Assembly: GCA_963705105.1 (NCBI GenBank)
Contig: CAVPIW010000012.1
Span: 362,949-426,948 of the forward strand
Length of the DNA stretch: 64,000 nucleotides
Direction of reading: 5' to 3'
DNA from: an uncultured Nitrospiraceae bacterium
GTDB taxonomy: Bacteria > Nitrospirota > Thermodesulfovibrionia > Thermodesulfovibrionales > Dissulfurispiraceae
Positions 52,090 to 61,423 of this stretch are shown piece by piece (within the stretch, counting starts at the first letter, position 1; each line of letters begins with the position of its first letter). Under the pieces are notes generated by a model. The model ran no database searches, was not told where the DNA came from, and worked only from the letters and a program-made list of their open reading frames with translations. The position numbers were made by a program, and so were the translations under genes.

Positions 52090-53208
52090 CTACAAAACAG
52101 CATCTGTTGTTGCACATTCCCTGTGAGGAACGTGCATACCGAGGGTTTCCGCTCTCAGGTGCGCAACCCGGCAGAGAAAGTCGACAGGCTCTTCCTCATC
52201 TCCGTTCTCGATCTCCCCTTGAGCAGGACACATGCCGCACATCGCCTTGAGCCCGCAATCAGTGCACCTGGTCCGTCTCGTTGCTTTTCGCTGCCTTATC
52301 TTGGGGATGAAGTCTTCCCATCCCTCACGAAAGGTCCCGCATCGCAGATCATAACCATCGCCGTTTGAGAGCGCACAGATCCGCAGCATGCCATAGGGAT
52401 CGACGGCAAAGGAATGGATGCCGCCGCCGCAACTGTATAAATCATCGCCCGTTCTGTGAGGATCGACCAAACTGTCGCAGATCTTGCAGAACCTCCGCCA
52501 TTCCGCCATCCTCCTCGGGTCCTGCATGTCGAGATCCACCACCTCCTGCGGAGAAAGTCTCGCAGCGAGAGGGTCCGCAGAACAGTCGATACGGGGGGTG
52601 ATCATGGCGTCAAACCGGAACTCAAGTCCCCATTCCTCTTCGGCAACCTTTTTCATACCCTCCAACTCGTGACTGTTGAGAGTGAGCGCCATGGTCTTGA
52701 GTCTGAGCGGAAGTCCCCGTTCCCCAAGAAGACGAATCCCGCGCACGCATTGTTCGTAAGACCCGACGACACCCGTCACATCGTCATGGGTCTTCGCGTT
52801 GGCGCCGTACAGGGTGATCTCGATCAGGAAAGGGGGCTGCTCGGCGAGATAGTCCGCAATGGCCGGGGTTAGGAGAGTCCCGTTCGTAAAGAGGGTGATG
52901 AGAAATCCTTTTTCCTTCGCATACGCGTAGATGTCCGGGAAATCGTTCCGGACAAAAATCTCACCTCCGGTGTAAAGGAGCCACAGGCAGCCGGCCTCCG
53001 CCATTTCGTCGAGGACGCGACGATGCTCTTCGCAGGTGAGTTCCCCGGACCGGGCCGCTTCATCATCGGCAGGAAGGTTGTTGTAGCAGTGAACACACTG
53101 CAGAGGGCAGCGTCGCGTCAGCTCGATCGTCCCGCTCAGGGGTATCCGCCGGCCCCGGAGCCTCGCATGAAGCTCGCTGCTGAAATCGGAGTATCGACGT
53201 GTCTCCAT
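52090..53208 (-). CDS. Radical SAM/SPASM peptide maturase
   Basis: CPLQCVHC, TGGE, FTNG; SPASM-type CGGG...C...CTDC...CGMCPA...C. Confidence 0.9.
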   Translation of the reverse strand: METRRYSDFSSELHARLRGRRIPLSGTIELTRRCPLQCVHCYNNLPADDEAARSGELTCEEHRRVLDEMAEAGCLWLLYTGGEIFVRNDFPDIYAYAKEKGFLITLFTNGTLLTPAIADYLAEQPPFLIEITLYGANAKTHDDVTGVVGSYEQCVRGIRLLGERGLPLRLKTMALTLNSHELEGMKKVAEEEWGLEFRFDAMITPRIDCSADPLAARLSPQEVVDLDMQDPRRMAEWRRFCKICDSLVDPHRTGDDLYSCGGGIHSFAVDPYGMLRICALSNGDGYDLRCGTFREGWEDFIPKIRQRKATRRTRCTDCGLKAMCGMCPAQGEIENGDEEEPVDFLCRVAHLRAETLGMHVPHRECATTDAVL

Positions 53209-53215
53209 CCCTTCA

Positions 53216-53476
53216 CCTTATCGCAACATAGGCCCGACCGAAAAGCGGGGTGAATGCGCCGAAAAGCATCGGTGCTGCGAAACCGCTGCCGTCCCGTTGA
53301 GAGCACGGAAGCACAGCTGTCGATGATACAAAGGATGAAATGTTTAAAATCCAAGAATAAATAATCATGCTCGCTATCAGCGAGGCTTTGAGGCGCTTCG
53401 CCCCGCCCTTCGGTGCATCTGCCAAAATGGTCCTCATCATCGCATTGGAAAGGCTTTGACCCCTATCTGCCTTCCC
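53216..53476. repeat. Family A element (53216-53418) plus family B half (53433-53476)
   Basis: aaagcggggtgaatgcgccg...cgccccgcccttc, then ctcatcatcgcattggaaaggctttga. Confidence 0.82.
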
Positions 53477-53484
53477 GGGGGCGT

Positions 53485-53781
53485 TCAGTCTCCGCAACGA
53501 CTGACAAGACCCGCCCGCTCCAGGACGTCCAGGAAATGGATCGTATCGTTCGCGGCATCGTCAGGCGAAACGTCATAGGTGTCACAGACGGCCTCGATGA
53601 TCCCGCCGACCCTGGTCTTCCCGTCAATGAGCTCCCATATGGCGGTGCTCACCTCGTTCAGGGTATAGATGGAATCAAGATCGCCGACACCGCTGCGCAC
53701 AGGAACGATGATCGTCTCGCCGGCAACGCATCGGGTCACCAGGTCTTTCCCTTTCGTGAAACAGTAATCCATAGCGCTCAT
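53485..53781 (-). CDS. PqqD-family RiPP recognition element (RRE)
   Basis: R.VAGETIIVP...IYTLNEV...IWELIDG...YDV...D...FL..L...GLV. Confidence 0.9.
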   Translation of the reverse strand: MSAMDYCFTKGKDLVTRCVAGETIIVPVRSGVGDLDSIYTLNEVSTAIWELIDGKTRVGGIIEAVCDTYDVSPDDAANDTIHFLDVLERAGLVSRCGD

Positions 53782-53877
53782 TTGTTAACCTCAACCTTAT
53801 CGATGCGACAGGAACTCCGGAAAGGCACTTTGTCCCGCCTTTTCATGCAACTGAGATGTAAGAGTCTCATAGCCCGC

Positions 53878-54822
53878 TCAGGCCATGCAGATCCTGTTTC
53901 GTCCCTGCCCCTTGGCCAGATAAAGGGCAGTGTCGGCCTTCTTCGTGAGCGTTGCCGCGTCTGCCCCGTCTTCGGGAAAGGCTGCCACGCCGATGCTGAC
54001 CGTTATCCTCTGCGCCGGAAGCCCTTCCCGTGCGGGGAACGTGTTTTCCTCGATGCGCCTCCTCAGCTCCTCGGCAAGACGACAGGCCACCTGCTTGGGA
54101 GTTTCCGGCAGAAGGATCATGAACTCTTCTCCCCCGTAGCGGGCTATCACATCCGTTTTGCGGAAAAAGGTCCTGAAGATCGCTGCCATGGCCCGCAGGA
54201 GATGATCGCCCTGCAGGTGACCGTGCGTATCATTGTACTTCTTGAAATGGTCCACGTCAACAAAGATCAGGCTGAATCCGTGCGCGTACCGGTGAGACCT
54301 CTCGACCTCCAGGGACAGGAACTCCTGCAGGTAACGGTGGTTGTACAATCCCGTGAGGCCGTCGCGGATAGCCATGTCCCGCAATTGCCTGTTCGCGTCC
54401 TCAATGTCATCCATGGTTTTCTGCAGGTCCTGGATAAGCCGCGCATTTTCCCTGCTGAGCCGGATCTTTTCAGCGGCCCGTCCGACGACGGCGGAAATGA
54501 CCGCCGGGTCATCGAAGGGCTTGGCAAGGTAGTCGTACGCGCCGGAGCGAAGAGCAGCGATTGCGGACTCGACGGAGGTGTAACTCGTCATAATGACGAC
54601 CTGTGTGTCCGGCCACTGCTTCTTCACTACTTTCAGGGCATCCAGTCCGCTCATTCCCGGCAGTTGGACATCAAAGACCGCTATCTCGAAAGGCGCCTTG
54701 CTGAAAAGCGAAAGCGCCTCCTCGCTGCTCGTCACAGCCGTCACCCCGTAGCCGTCTTCTTGCAGGAGGGATGTAACTATTGTCAGCAATACCTCATCAT
54801 CGTCGACGATCAGAACCCGCAT
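53878..54822 (-). CDS. Response regulator diguanylate cyclase (REC-GGDEF)
   Basis: REC (VDDD, DVQLP, KP); DGLTGL, DVDHFK..ND..GH..GD, RKTD I-site, GGEEF. Confidence 0.93.
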   Translation of the reverse strand: MRVLIVDDDEVLLTIVTSLLQEDGYGVTAVTSSEEALSLFSKAPFEIAVFDVQLPGMSGLDALKVVKKQWPDTQVVIMTSYTSVESAIAALRSGAYDYLAKPFDDPAVISAVVGRAAEKIRLSRENARLIQDLQKTMDDIEDANRQLRDMAIRDGLTGLYNHRYLQEFLSLEVERSHRYAHGFSLIFVDVDHFKKYNDTHGHLQGDHLLRAMAAIFRTFFRKTDVIARYGGEEFMILLPETPKQVACRLAEELRRRIEENTFPAREGLPAQRITVSIGVAAFPEDGADAATLTKKADTALYLAKGQGRNRICMA

Positions 54823-54880
54823 GCTGTCACCTTCTCCTCTCTCTTCCGAATTGTTGCAAAGACCCCGCCCACCGTAACAT

Positions 54881-54944
54881 AGTAATTAAGTCACTGAGTA
54901 ATTAAGTCACTGAGTCACTGAGTCATTAAGTCATTAAGTCAAAT
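54881..54944. repeat. AT-rich octamer tandem repeat, about 8 units
   Basis: agtaatta agtcactg agtaatta agtcactg agtcactg agtcatta agtcatta agtca... Confidence 0.8.
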
Positions 54945-54947
54945 TAA

Positions 54948-55919
54948 TCATTGAGCCGGGACGGACTCGCACACCCTGTTCCTCCCCGCCTCCTTCGCCT
55001 GGTAAAGGGCGTCGTCAGCAGACTTCACCAGCGCTTCCAGATCTCCTCCGTCGTCCGGACAGGATGCCACCCCTATGCTTACTGAAACGAACCCGAGAGG
55101 CTGATTCTCCCGGCCTTCAAAGGGATACCCGGCAACTATCTTCCTGATGTCCTCCGCGCAGATCAGGGCATTGGGCGTCGTCGTGCTGGGGAGCAGCATG
55201 ACAAACTCCTCGCCGCCGTAGCGGGCCACGACATCGCTCTCGCGAAGCCTTTTCAGGAGCAGTTCCGCCAGCTTCTTCAGCAGTTCATCTCCGGCGGGAT
55301 GACCGTTCGCGTCGTTGTACTTCTTGAAATGATCGATGTCAAGAAAAAGCAGGGAAAAGACCCCGCCATAGCGCTGGCAGCGGGCCACCTCCCTGGCGGC
55401 GGCCTCCTGGAAATACTGGTGATTGTAAAGCCCTGTCAGCCCGTCCTTGACGGCGAGATCACGCAACACGACGTTGATCTGTTCGAGCTCATAGAGTTTT
55501 TTCGTCAGGTCCTGGAGAAGGCCCCGGTTTTCACTGGTGAGACTGATCTTTTCAACGGCCCGGTTGACGATGGCGACGACCAGCTCAATGTCCTCGAAGG
55601 GCTTGATCATGAAGTCATAGGCGCCGGAACGGAATGCGGAGATGGCGACATTCAATGTCGCATAACTGGTCATGATGATCACCTCCGTCGTTCCGTCGAG
55701 CGCTTTTATTTTTTGAAGGAGCTCGATGCCGCTCATCCCGGGCATCTTGACGTCCGAAATGACGAGAGGGAAGCTGCCGGCACGAAACAACTCCAGCGCC
55801 TCCTCGCCGCTTGACGCGGTCTTGACCTGATATCCTTCCTCCCCCAAAAGCAGGGAAAGCACACCGACGAGACTCTCGTCATCGTCGACCACGAGTACCT
55901 GTAAATCCTGCTTCTCCAT
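54948..55919 (-). CDS. Response regulator diguanylate cyclase (REC-GGDEF)
   Basis: REC (DVKMP); DIDHFKKYND..GH..GD, RESD I-site, GGEEF. Confidence 0.93.
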   Translation of the reverse strand: MEKQDLQVLVVDDDESLVGVLSLLLGEEGYQVKTASSGEEALELFRAGSFPLVISDVKMPGMSGIELLQKIKALDGTTEVIIMTSYATLNVAISAFRSGAYDFMIKPFEDIELVVAIVNRAVEKISLTSENRGLLQDLTKKLYELEQINVVLRDLAVKDGLTGLYNHQYFQEAAAREVARCQRYGGVFSLLFLDIDHFKKYNDANGHPAGDELLKKLAELLLKRLRESDVVARYGGEEFVMLLPSTTTPNALICAEDIRKIVAGYPFEGRENQPLGFVSVSIGVASCPDDGGDLEALVKSADDALYQAKEAGRNRVCESVPAQ

Positions 55920-55930
55920 TCAGTCCTGCC

Positions 55931-57844
55931 TCATTCCGTCTGCGTTGTTTGACGGGCACTGCCGTCGCTGTCCGCTATTATACACTGCCCGTCCACTGTC
56001 TTTTCCGGTTCATGCGGCGCCGCGACATTGTTGCCGTTCGTCCCGAGGGGCAGCGAGATGATGAAGAGGGTCCCCTTGCCGAGTTGACTCTCAACGGAGA
56101 TGACCCCTCCGTGATCCCTGATGATGCCATAGCTGACGGAAAGTCCGAGACCGGTCCCTTTGCCTGCGACCTTGGTCGTGAAAAAGGGCTCGAATATCTT
56201 TGCCCGTATCTCTTCCGGTATGCCGGGACCGTCATCGGCAATGCGTATTTCCACGTGCCCGGCATCGGCGAGAACCGTTTCCAGCGTAATGACACCGGGT
56301 CTGCCCTCCATTGCCTGCTGGGCGTTGATCATGAGGTTCATCAGCACCTGCTGTATCTGATTGCCGTTGCCCAAGATCCTCGGAAGGCCTTGTGCAAGCC
56401 TCTTTTCAAGCTTGATTTTATGGATCCCGAGCTGATGGTCGACGATGGCGGCGGCGTCCTCCACGATACTGTTCACATCGGTCGGCATATATGAGACCTT
56501 TTCCTGTCGCGCAAACTTCAGGAGATTGTCGATGATGTTCTTACATCTTTTCGTCTCTTTTTCGATAACCTTGAGATTGGTGTGGAGCTGATTCCCCTCT
56601 TCCACTTTTCGCAGGGACAACTGAGCATATCCCAGGATGCCGGCGAGGGGGTTTTTTACCTCATGTGCAATGCCGGCGCCAAGCTGGCCGAAAGCGGCCA
56701 TTTTCTCGGACTGGATCAACTGGGTATGGGCGTCCTGCAGGGCCGTTTCGCGGTGTTTCAGCTCCGATGCCATGTGGTTGAAGGAATGGGCCAGTTCGCC
56801 GATCTCGTCTCCTGACGGGGCCTCGATATGGATGTCGAATTCGCCGCGTCCCACAAGCTCCGTCACAGTCGACAGCTTCTCTATCGGCCTTGTGAGTCTC
56901 CTGGACCAGAACAGGCTCAGCACGGCGGAACCGATGAGGAGAAAGAGCGACACCGCCAGGAGGTATTTGAAAAGCGATTTGGCCGTCAAATAGGCTGTGG
57001 ACTTGGGGATCTGCACCCCGGCGACCAATCCGCCGAAATCGATCCATGAGAAGCCCCCGACCATGTCGACGCCGGCATGAGAGTATTCCGCCGTCGTCCC
57101 TATACTCTGGGGGCTCCTGAGGTTCTCGAGCTCGGGCAGGCCGCCCAGCTTCGATCGACCCGCCACTTTGGCCGGATCGCTATGGGCGAGCAGCATGCCG
57201 CTGCCGTCAATCACGAATGTTTCGAATACCTTGGTCCTGCCGGCCAGCTTCAGGAGATCGTCAAGCCGTATCACGGCTGCAATGACCGGCGGACGTGCCT
57301 CCTTCTCCTGCGAGGGCACTGCAACGGCCAGTGTAAACGTCAGGAGTTTGTCCGACAGTGTGGAGTTTGCGATGTATATTTTGCCGGCCCTGATTTCATC
57401 GAGGGGGAGGGGATTGGTACGGAAATGCCTGGCAAAGGCATCCCTCGTGAGCCCCGCCTGTTCGAGGCTTCCGGTATCATAGACAGTGACGGTTTCGCCA
57501 CCCTCTTTGTACCGTGCGATCAGGACGAATTCCCTGAAGTCTTCGAAGAGTTTCCTGATGAGGCCCGTCTTCTGCTCCTGGGGCATCTCCTTTTCCTCCA
57601 TCAGCCTGGAGATGACGAGGAGTTTGGCGCGGTAGCCCCTCAGGAGCGCGTCGGCCTCGCTCGACATGTGCAGGGCGATCACGGACGTCAGGTCATGAAT
57701 ATACGTTTTTTTGTCGTCATGAAAGATGCCGGCCATGGTGAATGTGATGACCGTCACCGCCGCCGTGACGACGCAGAGCAGGCTGATCAGGATCTTGAAA
57801 CGGAGCGGGACGCGGAGCTGCCTGAGGCGAATCCAGTTCTTCAT
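55931..57844 (-). CDS. Membrane sensor histidine kinase (periplasmic Cache-like, HAMP, HisKA, HATPase)
   Basis: Two TM helices, [43 protein letters not shown] overlap with the upstream gene. Confidence 0.92.
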   Translation of the reverse strand: MKNWIRLRQLRVPLRFKILISLLCVVTAAVTVITFTMAGIFHDDKKTYIHDLTSVIALHMSSEADALLRGYRAKLLVISRLMEEKEMPQEQKTGLIRKLFEDFREFVLIARYKEGGETVTVYDTGSLEQAGLTRDAFARHFRTNPLPLDEIRAGKIYIANSTLSDKLLTFTLAVAVPSQEKEARPPVIAAVIRLDDLLKLAGRTKVFETFVIDGSGMLLAHSDPAKVAGRSKLGGLPELENLRSPQSIGTTAEYSHAGVDMVGGFSWIDFGGLVAGVQIPKSTAYLTAKSLFKYLLAVSLFLLIGSAVLSLFWSRRLTRPIEKLSTVTELVGRGEFDIHIEAPSGDEIGELAHSFNHMASELKHRETALQDAHTQLIQSEKMAAFGQLGAGIAHEVKNPLAGILGYAQLSLRKVEEGNQLHTNLKVIEKETKRCKNIIDNLLKFARQEKVSYMPTDVNSIVEDAAAIVDHQLGIHKIKLEKRLAQGLPRILGNGNQIQQVLMNLMINAQQAMEGRPGVITLETVLADAGHVEIRIADDGPGIPEEIRAKIFEPFFTTKVAGKGTGLGLSVSYGIIRDHGGVISVESQLGKGTLFIISLPLGTNGNNVAAPHEPEKTVDGQCIIADSDGSARQTTQTE

Positions 57845-59181
57845 CACCGCGCTCCTCTCCGGACGTACTGAGACCGGTATGCCACGTTTCCTGCCGCATC
57901 GACGGCCTCCACGGTGACCAGGTTCGTGCCCTGCCGCAGCATCACGACCTGGGTGAAAGCCCCGGACTCGCTGACCGTCACCGGCTTTCCCATGAGAAAG
58001 AGCCGGACCCCGGGCTCCGTCATTCCCGTCAGCGTAAAATGGTCCTCCGCAAGGGGGCCTGATGGGAATTGCACCAGGAGCTTCGGCTCGGCAAGCTTCT
58101 GGACGAGCTCTATGCTCCTCGTTTCGCTGTAGCGGCCTTCGCATCCTTTCTTCACGCAGTTCACCCGCCAGAAATACGTGCCGGGCTTCATATTCCCGTG
58201 AGAAAATGACGTTTCCTGCAGTGTTTTGTCGACAATGATCTCCTTGAATTCAGGGTCCCGCGAAATCTGCAGGCGGAATGCATCGGCGCCCGGGACGGGC
58301 GACCACGAGAAATCGACCTTGGGGGGCAGGTGCCGGTACGCGAGCATGCCTTTATGAGCCGGCGACGCCTGGGCCGGAGGCAGAAGCAAAGGAACAAGGG
58401 CGCCGGGGGCCTCTCCGGGTTTGACGATCACGCTCATGTTTTCGGGAATTTTGACGACCTTCCCTCCGGCAGTGACCTCCGCCTGCCCGTGAAAGACGGC
58501 AATAGAAGACGTCTGGTCCCGGTTCGCCGAGACCCTGAAATCGGTCTTCTGTCCCGTCGATCCGCTCAGCTTTGCCACGGCGCCCGGCGTCGAAACCTCG
58601 AGATTCAGGCTGTTGTCCCCCGGAGCGATCTTCCCGCGCAGCTCTCCCTCGAGCAGGACCATCGCCGAGCGATGCTCATTCTGAAAGGGGTCCTTTTCCA
58701 TGCGCTTTATGATGACCAGTGAATTGCTCCCCATGGTGAAGGAATTCTTCTTATCTATCGTGATCTGGGCCAACGCGTCCCTGAAGGTCTGGACGGAGTC
58801 ATGATTATAGAGTGCCATGCCCGGTTTTGCCGTCGACCATGCGATGGAGTCGGCCCGTTTCGTCTTCACTTCATTGCGGGCCAGGATGAGGACGGCGGCT
58901 TTCCTGAAGACGTCACCCAGATTGTTCTCCTTTCCCCCCACATCGAGCATCGCGTCGCGCCCCGCATCGCCGGACTGCTCCGCCTGGGGCGCGTCGCTTT
59001 TCCGGAGCATCTCTTGCAGGCTCGTCCCCGGGACGAAGAGTTTTGTCAGCAGGAGTGCGAAGAAGGAAAAAAATATGAGGACGATGATGATCGTCGCCAG
59101 GGTTTCGACATGTCTCATGCCCCTCGAGCCCAGCGGAACTCTTTTTGACGGGGTCTCTCGGCTTTCGCCCTGTTGCATCAC
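57844..59181 (-). CDS. FecR-domain protein with FN3/Ig-like C-terminal domains
   Basis: Single N-terminal TM; W..AKPGM.L...DSVQT, NSLV, TPGAVA, AVFHGQAEV; YFWRV; GTNLVTVEAVDAAGN. Confidence 0.75.
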   Translation of the reverse strand: MMQQGESRETPSKRVPLGSRGMRHVETLATIIIVLIFFSFFALLLTKLFVPGTSLQEMLRKSDAPQAEQSGDAGRDAMLDVGGKENNLGDVFRKAAVLILARNEVKTKRADSIAWSTAKPGMALYNHDSVQTFRDALAQITIDKKNSFTMGSNSLVIIKRMEKDPFQNEHRSAMVLLEGELRGKIAPGDNSLNLEVSTPGAVAKLSGSTGQKTDFRVSANRDQTSSIAVFHGQAEVTAGGKVVKIPENMSVIVKPGEAPGALVPLLLPPAQASPAHKGMLAYRHLPPKVDFSWSPVPGADAFRLQISRDPEFKEIIVDKTLQETSFSHGNMKPGTYFWRVNCVKKGCEGRYSETRSIELVQKLAEPKLLVQFPSGPLAEDHFTLTGMTEPGVRLFLMGKPVTVSESGAFTQVVMLRQGTNLVTVEAVDAAGNVAYRSQYVRRGAR

Positions 59182-61406
59182 CTTTGCGTCCCCTCGCTCT
59201 TTTCCGTGAACTGTGTCTCCCTGCCGCCCCTGTCAGACCCCCGGCGCGGCTTCTCCAGCGTAGCCCTGGCGACAAGCATGACAAGACGGGTGTAGCCCTG
59301 GGGGTTGGACAACTCGAGTTCGTAAACGTTTTCACCTTCCCTCAGGCGCAGACCGAGGACGAACGCGCCGTCCTCAGTGATGTTCACGTCCTGGCCGTTC
59401 ATCTTCAGCGTGTTGCCCTTCTCCGTCTCCCCCTTCACCTCGAGCCGGGCCTCCGCCTCTTGTCCCTTCCCCTGCCGGTCCGCAGGAGAGTCTTCTCCTG
59501 TCTTCGACAAGTGAAAGGGGACGTACATGCCCTGGCAGGGCACATGGAGATTGATTTTCGGCAGCGGAAGGAGTGTCTGAACAGCGCGTCCCTGGGCGTC
59601 TCTCAGTTCGATTTCGATATGGTCGCATCTTTCCTCGATCATGTGCGAAAAGCGGCCCCCATCGTTCACGGGGACCGATGCCCTGTTGATTCGGATAACC
59701 GGCTGCGTCCGGTGCCTGTCGAGAATCTGGGGCCGCTCTTCATCGCTGAATTCTCCCTTCACCTCGACGCGGCCGTCCGCGCCCTCCCCGGCGCCCGCTG
59801 TCCTGACAAGCCTGTCTGAAAGACGTACACTGATCCTTTCGGCAGGGATGTTCTCTTTATTGATGAGATACGATGCCGTCGCCGCTGTCCTCTTCCGGGC
59901 GAGGTCCCGCTTCAGCTTCTCCGTCCCCGTCGAATCGGCATGCCCCTCGATGATTATTTTTTCCCGGGGATGGGTGCGAAGAACGGCTGCGGCATCCCTG
60001 AGAATCATTTTTGATTTCTCGCTCAGCTCCTCTGAATGCGGGAGATAGGCCCCGCTGCCGAGAGCGATGGACACGGCGCTCGACCGGGCGAGACCGAAGA
60101 GACGGACGGGGCTTGCCGCGCGGCTTCCGTCTTTATAATTCACTGCCAGTTGGTACTGGTAGACGTCTCCGCTTTTCAGGATCGCGTTCCCGTTGACGAG
60201 GCCGTCCCATAGAAGGGCAGGCGTTGGCGGGCCTTCTCCCTTTGTGGACCACAGCGCGTTGCCCTGGAGGTCCGAAACGTTCAGGGTCCAGGACGAAACC
60301 GTCTCGGGTGCATTGATCTCCATCTGAAACTCAAGGGGTCTGTCGAGCTCGCCCCCCCGCATGTCGATGATTTCATCGATCGCGTTGCCCTGGACCCTGA
60401 TATCGGCAGCGGGAAGATCGGCCACCCTGGCGTTGACGAGGAGGGCGAAGGCCTCGACGCTCCCGCGCACTTCGACGGGCACGTCATTGACCGTCGTATC
60501 CAGGACCATGGCCGGAGACTTGCGGCATCCGGCCATGTATTTCGTGCCGGGAACGACGTTGCGTGCCCCGGCATGGCCTCCTCCGATGACGCTTCCCGGT
60601 GCATTCTGCAGCCGGATGCCGTCCCGTCCGTTCGGAATAGAAGCGTTTGCCTGATTCGTGCCGATGAAGTTCCCCCGGACGATGGTGCCCGTCGTGTCGG
60701 AGACCCATAATCCCTCGTGCCTGTTGCCCGATATGACGTTGCCGGCGCCCACGGCGGTTCCGCCGATCCTGTTTCCGGCGCCTGCCCCCCTGACGGCAAT
60801 GCCGTTGTCGTTTCCTGATGCCGATGTCCCTGTGGCGTCGGTGCCGACGTAATTCCCCTCTACCCTGTTGTCGGTGGCGTCCGCGCCGGTGATGAGAATG
60901 CCCGTGCCGCCCGCTGCGGCGGCGCTCCTGAAGCCGCTTAGAACAAGTCCCCTGATGGTGACGCTGTGTGCGTCGCTGACGGTCAGGCCGTCGGCGCCGG
61001 CAGCGGAGCCCCCGTAGATTTCGATCTCAGGACCCTTTGCGTTCATATCTCCCGGCTGTGTCGTGCCGTCGAGGACCGTATTGTCCGCGGTAATCGTGGG
61101 CAAAGGCGAAAGGACCTCGATGCGCCACCAGGCGTTTCCCTGTTCGTCCTGAGCGTTCGGTGCGGTCGTGATGCCGAAGTCTATCGTCGTGCCGCGAGTC
61201 CCGTTGGCGATGGTGATGCAATGCCTGAGTGTTCCCGGGCCGGTGTCATCCGTCGTCGTCACCGTGCAGGAAGCGGCTCCGGCTTCGGGGATCCGAAGAA
61301 AAGACGGCGTGAAATCGTGATGCGCACATCCGGACGGCAGTGAAGGCCCGCAGATGAGCAGGAAAATGAATGCACACAGGCAGGCAAAACGCATGCGGTC
61401 TACCAT
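59178..61406 (-). CDS. Secreted beta-helix protein with OmpA-like domain and Ig-like tail
   Basis: Signal peptide; TTTDDTGPGTLR/beta-helix module; IEGHADSTG...LARKR OmpA_C-like motif; GTGA overlap with the FecR gene. Confidence 0.75.
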   Translation of the reverse strand: MVDRMRFACLCAFIFLLICGPSLPSGCAHHDFTPSFLRIPEAGAASCTVTTTDDTGPGTLRHCITIANGTRGTTIDFGITTAPNAQDEQGNAWWRIEVLSPLPTITADNTVLDGTTQPGDMNAKGPEIEIYGGSAAGADGLTVSDAHSVTIRGLVLSGFRSAAAAGGTGILITGADATDNRVEGNYVGTDATGTSASGNDNGIAVRGAGAGNRIGGTAVGAGNVISGNRHEGLWVSDTTGTIVRGNFIGTNQANASIPNGRDGIRLQNAPGSVIGGGHAGARNVVPGTKYMAGCRKSPAMVLDTTVNDVPVEVRGSVEAFALLVNARVADLPAADIRVQGNAIDEIIDMRGGELDRPLEFQMEINAPETVSSWTLNVSDLQGNALWSTKGEGPPTPALLWDGLVNGNAILKSGDVYQYQLAVNYKDGSRAASPVRLFGLARSSAVSIALGSGAYLPHSEELSEKSKMILRDAAAVLRTHPREKIIIEGHADSTGTEKLKRDLARKRTAATASYLINKENIPAERISVRLSDRLVRTAGAGEGADGRVEVKGEFSDEERPQILDRHRTQPVIRINRASVPVNDGGRFSHMIEERCDHIEIELRDAQGRAVQTLLPLPKINLHVPCQGMYVPFHLSKTGEDSPADRQGKGQEAEARLEVKGETEKGNTLKMNGQDVNITEDGAFVLGLRLREGENVYELELSNPQGYTRLVMLVARATLEKPRRGSDRGGRETQFTEKSEGTQR

Positions 61407-61423
61407 GACGGATTCACCTTCCT

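Noticed and set aside
49452..53781. Lasso peptide cluster
   Set aside because: YxxP leader, RRE and kinase fit, but there is no asparagine-synthetase-like cyclase or B2 protease in the window and the core lacks an Asp/Glu ring acceptor.
52090..53781. PQQ biosynthesis (pqqD/pqqE)
   Set aside because: No pqqB/pqqC, and the peptide has no ExxxY core motif.
53878..55919. Hypr GGDEF (cGAMP synthase)
   Set aside because: Both enzymes keep Asp in ND..GH..GD, where Hypr enzymes have Ser/Thr.
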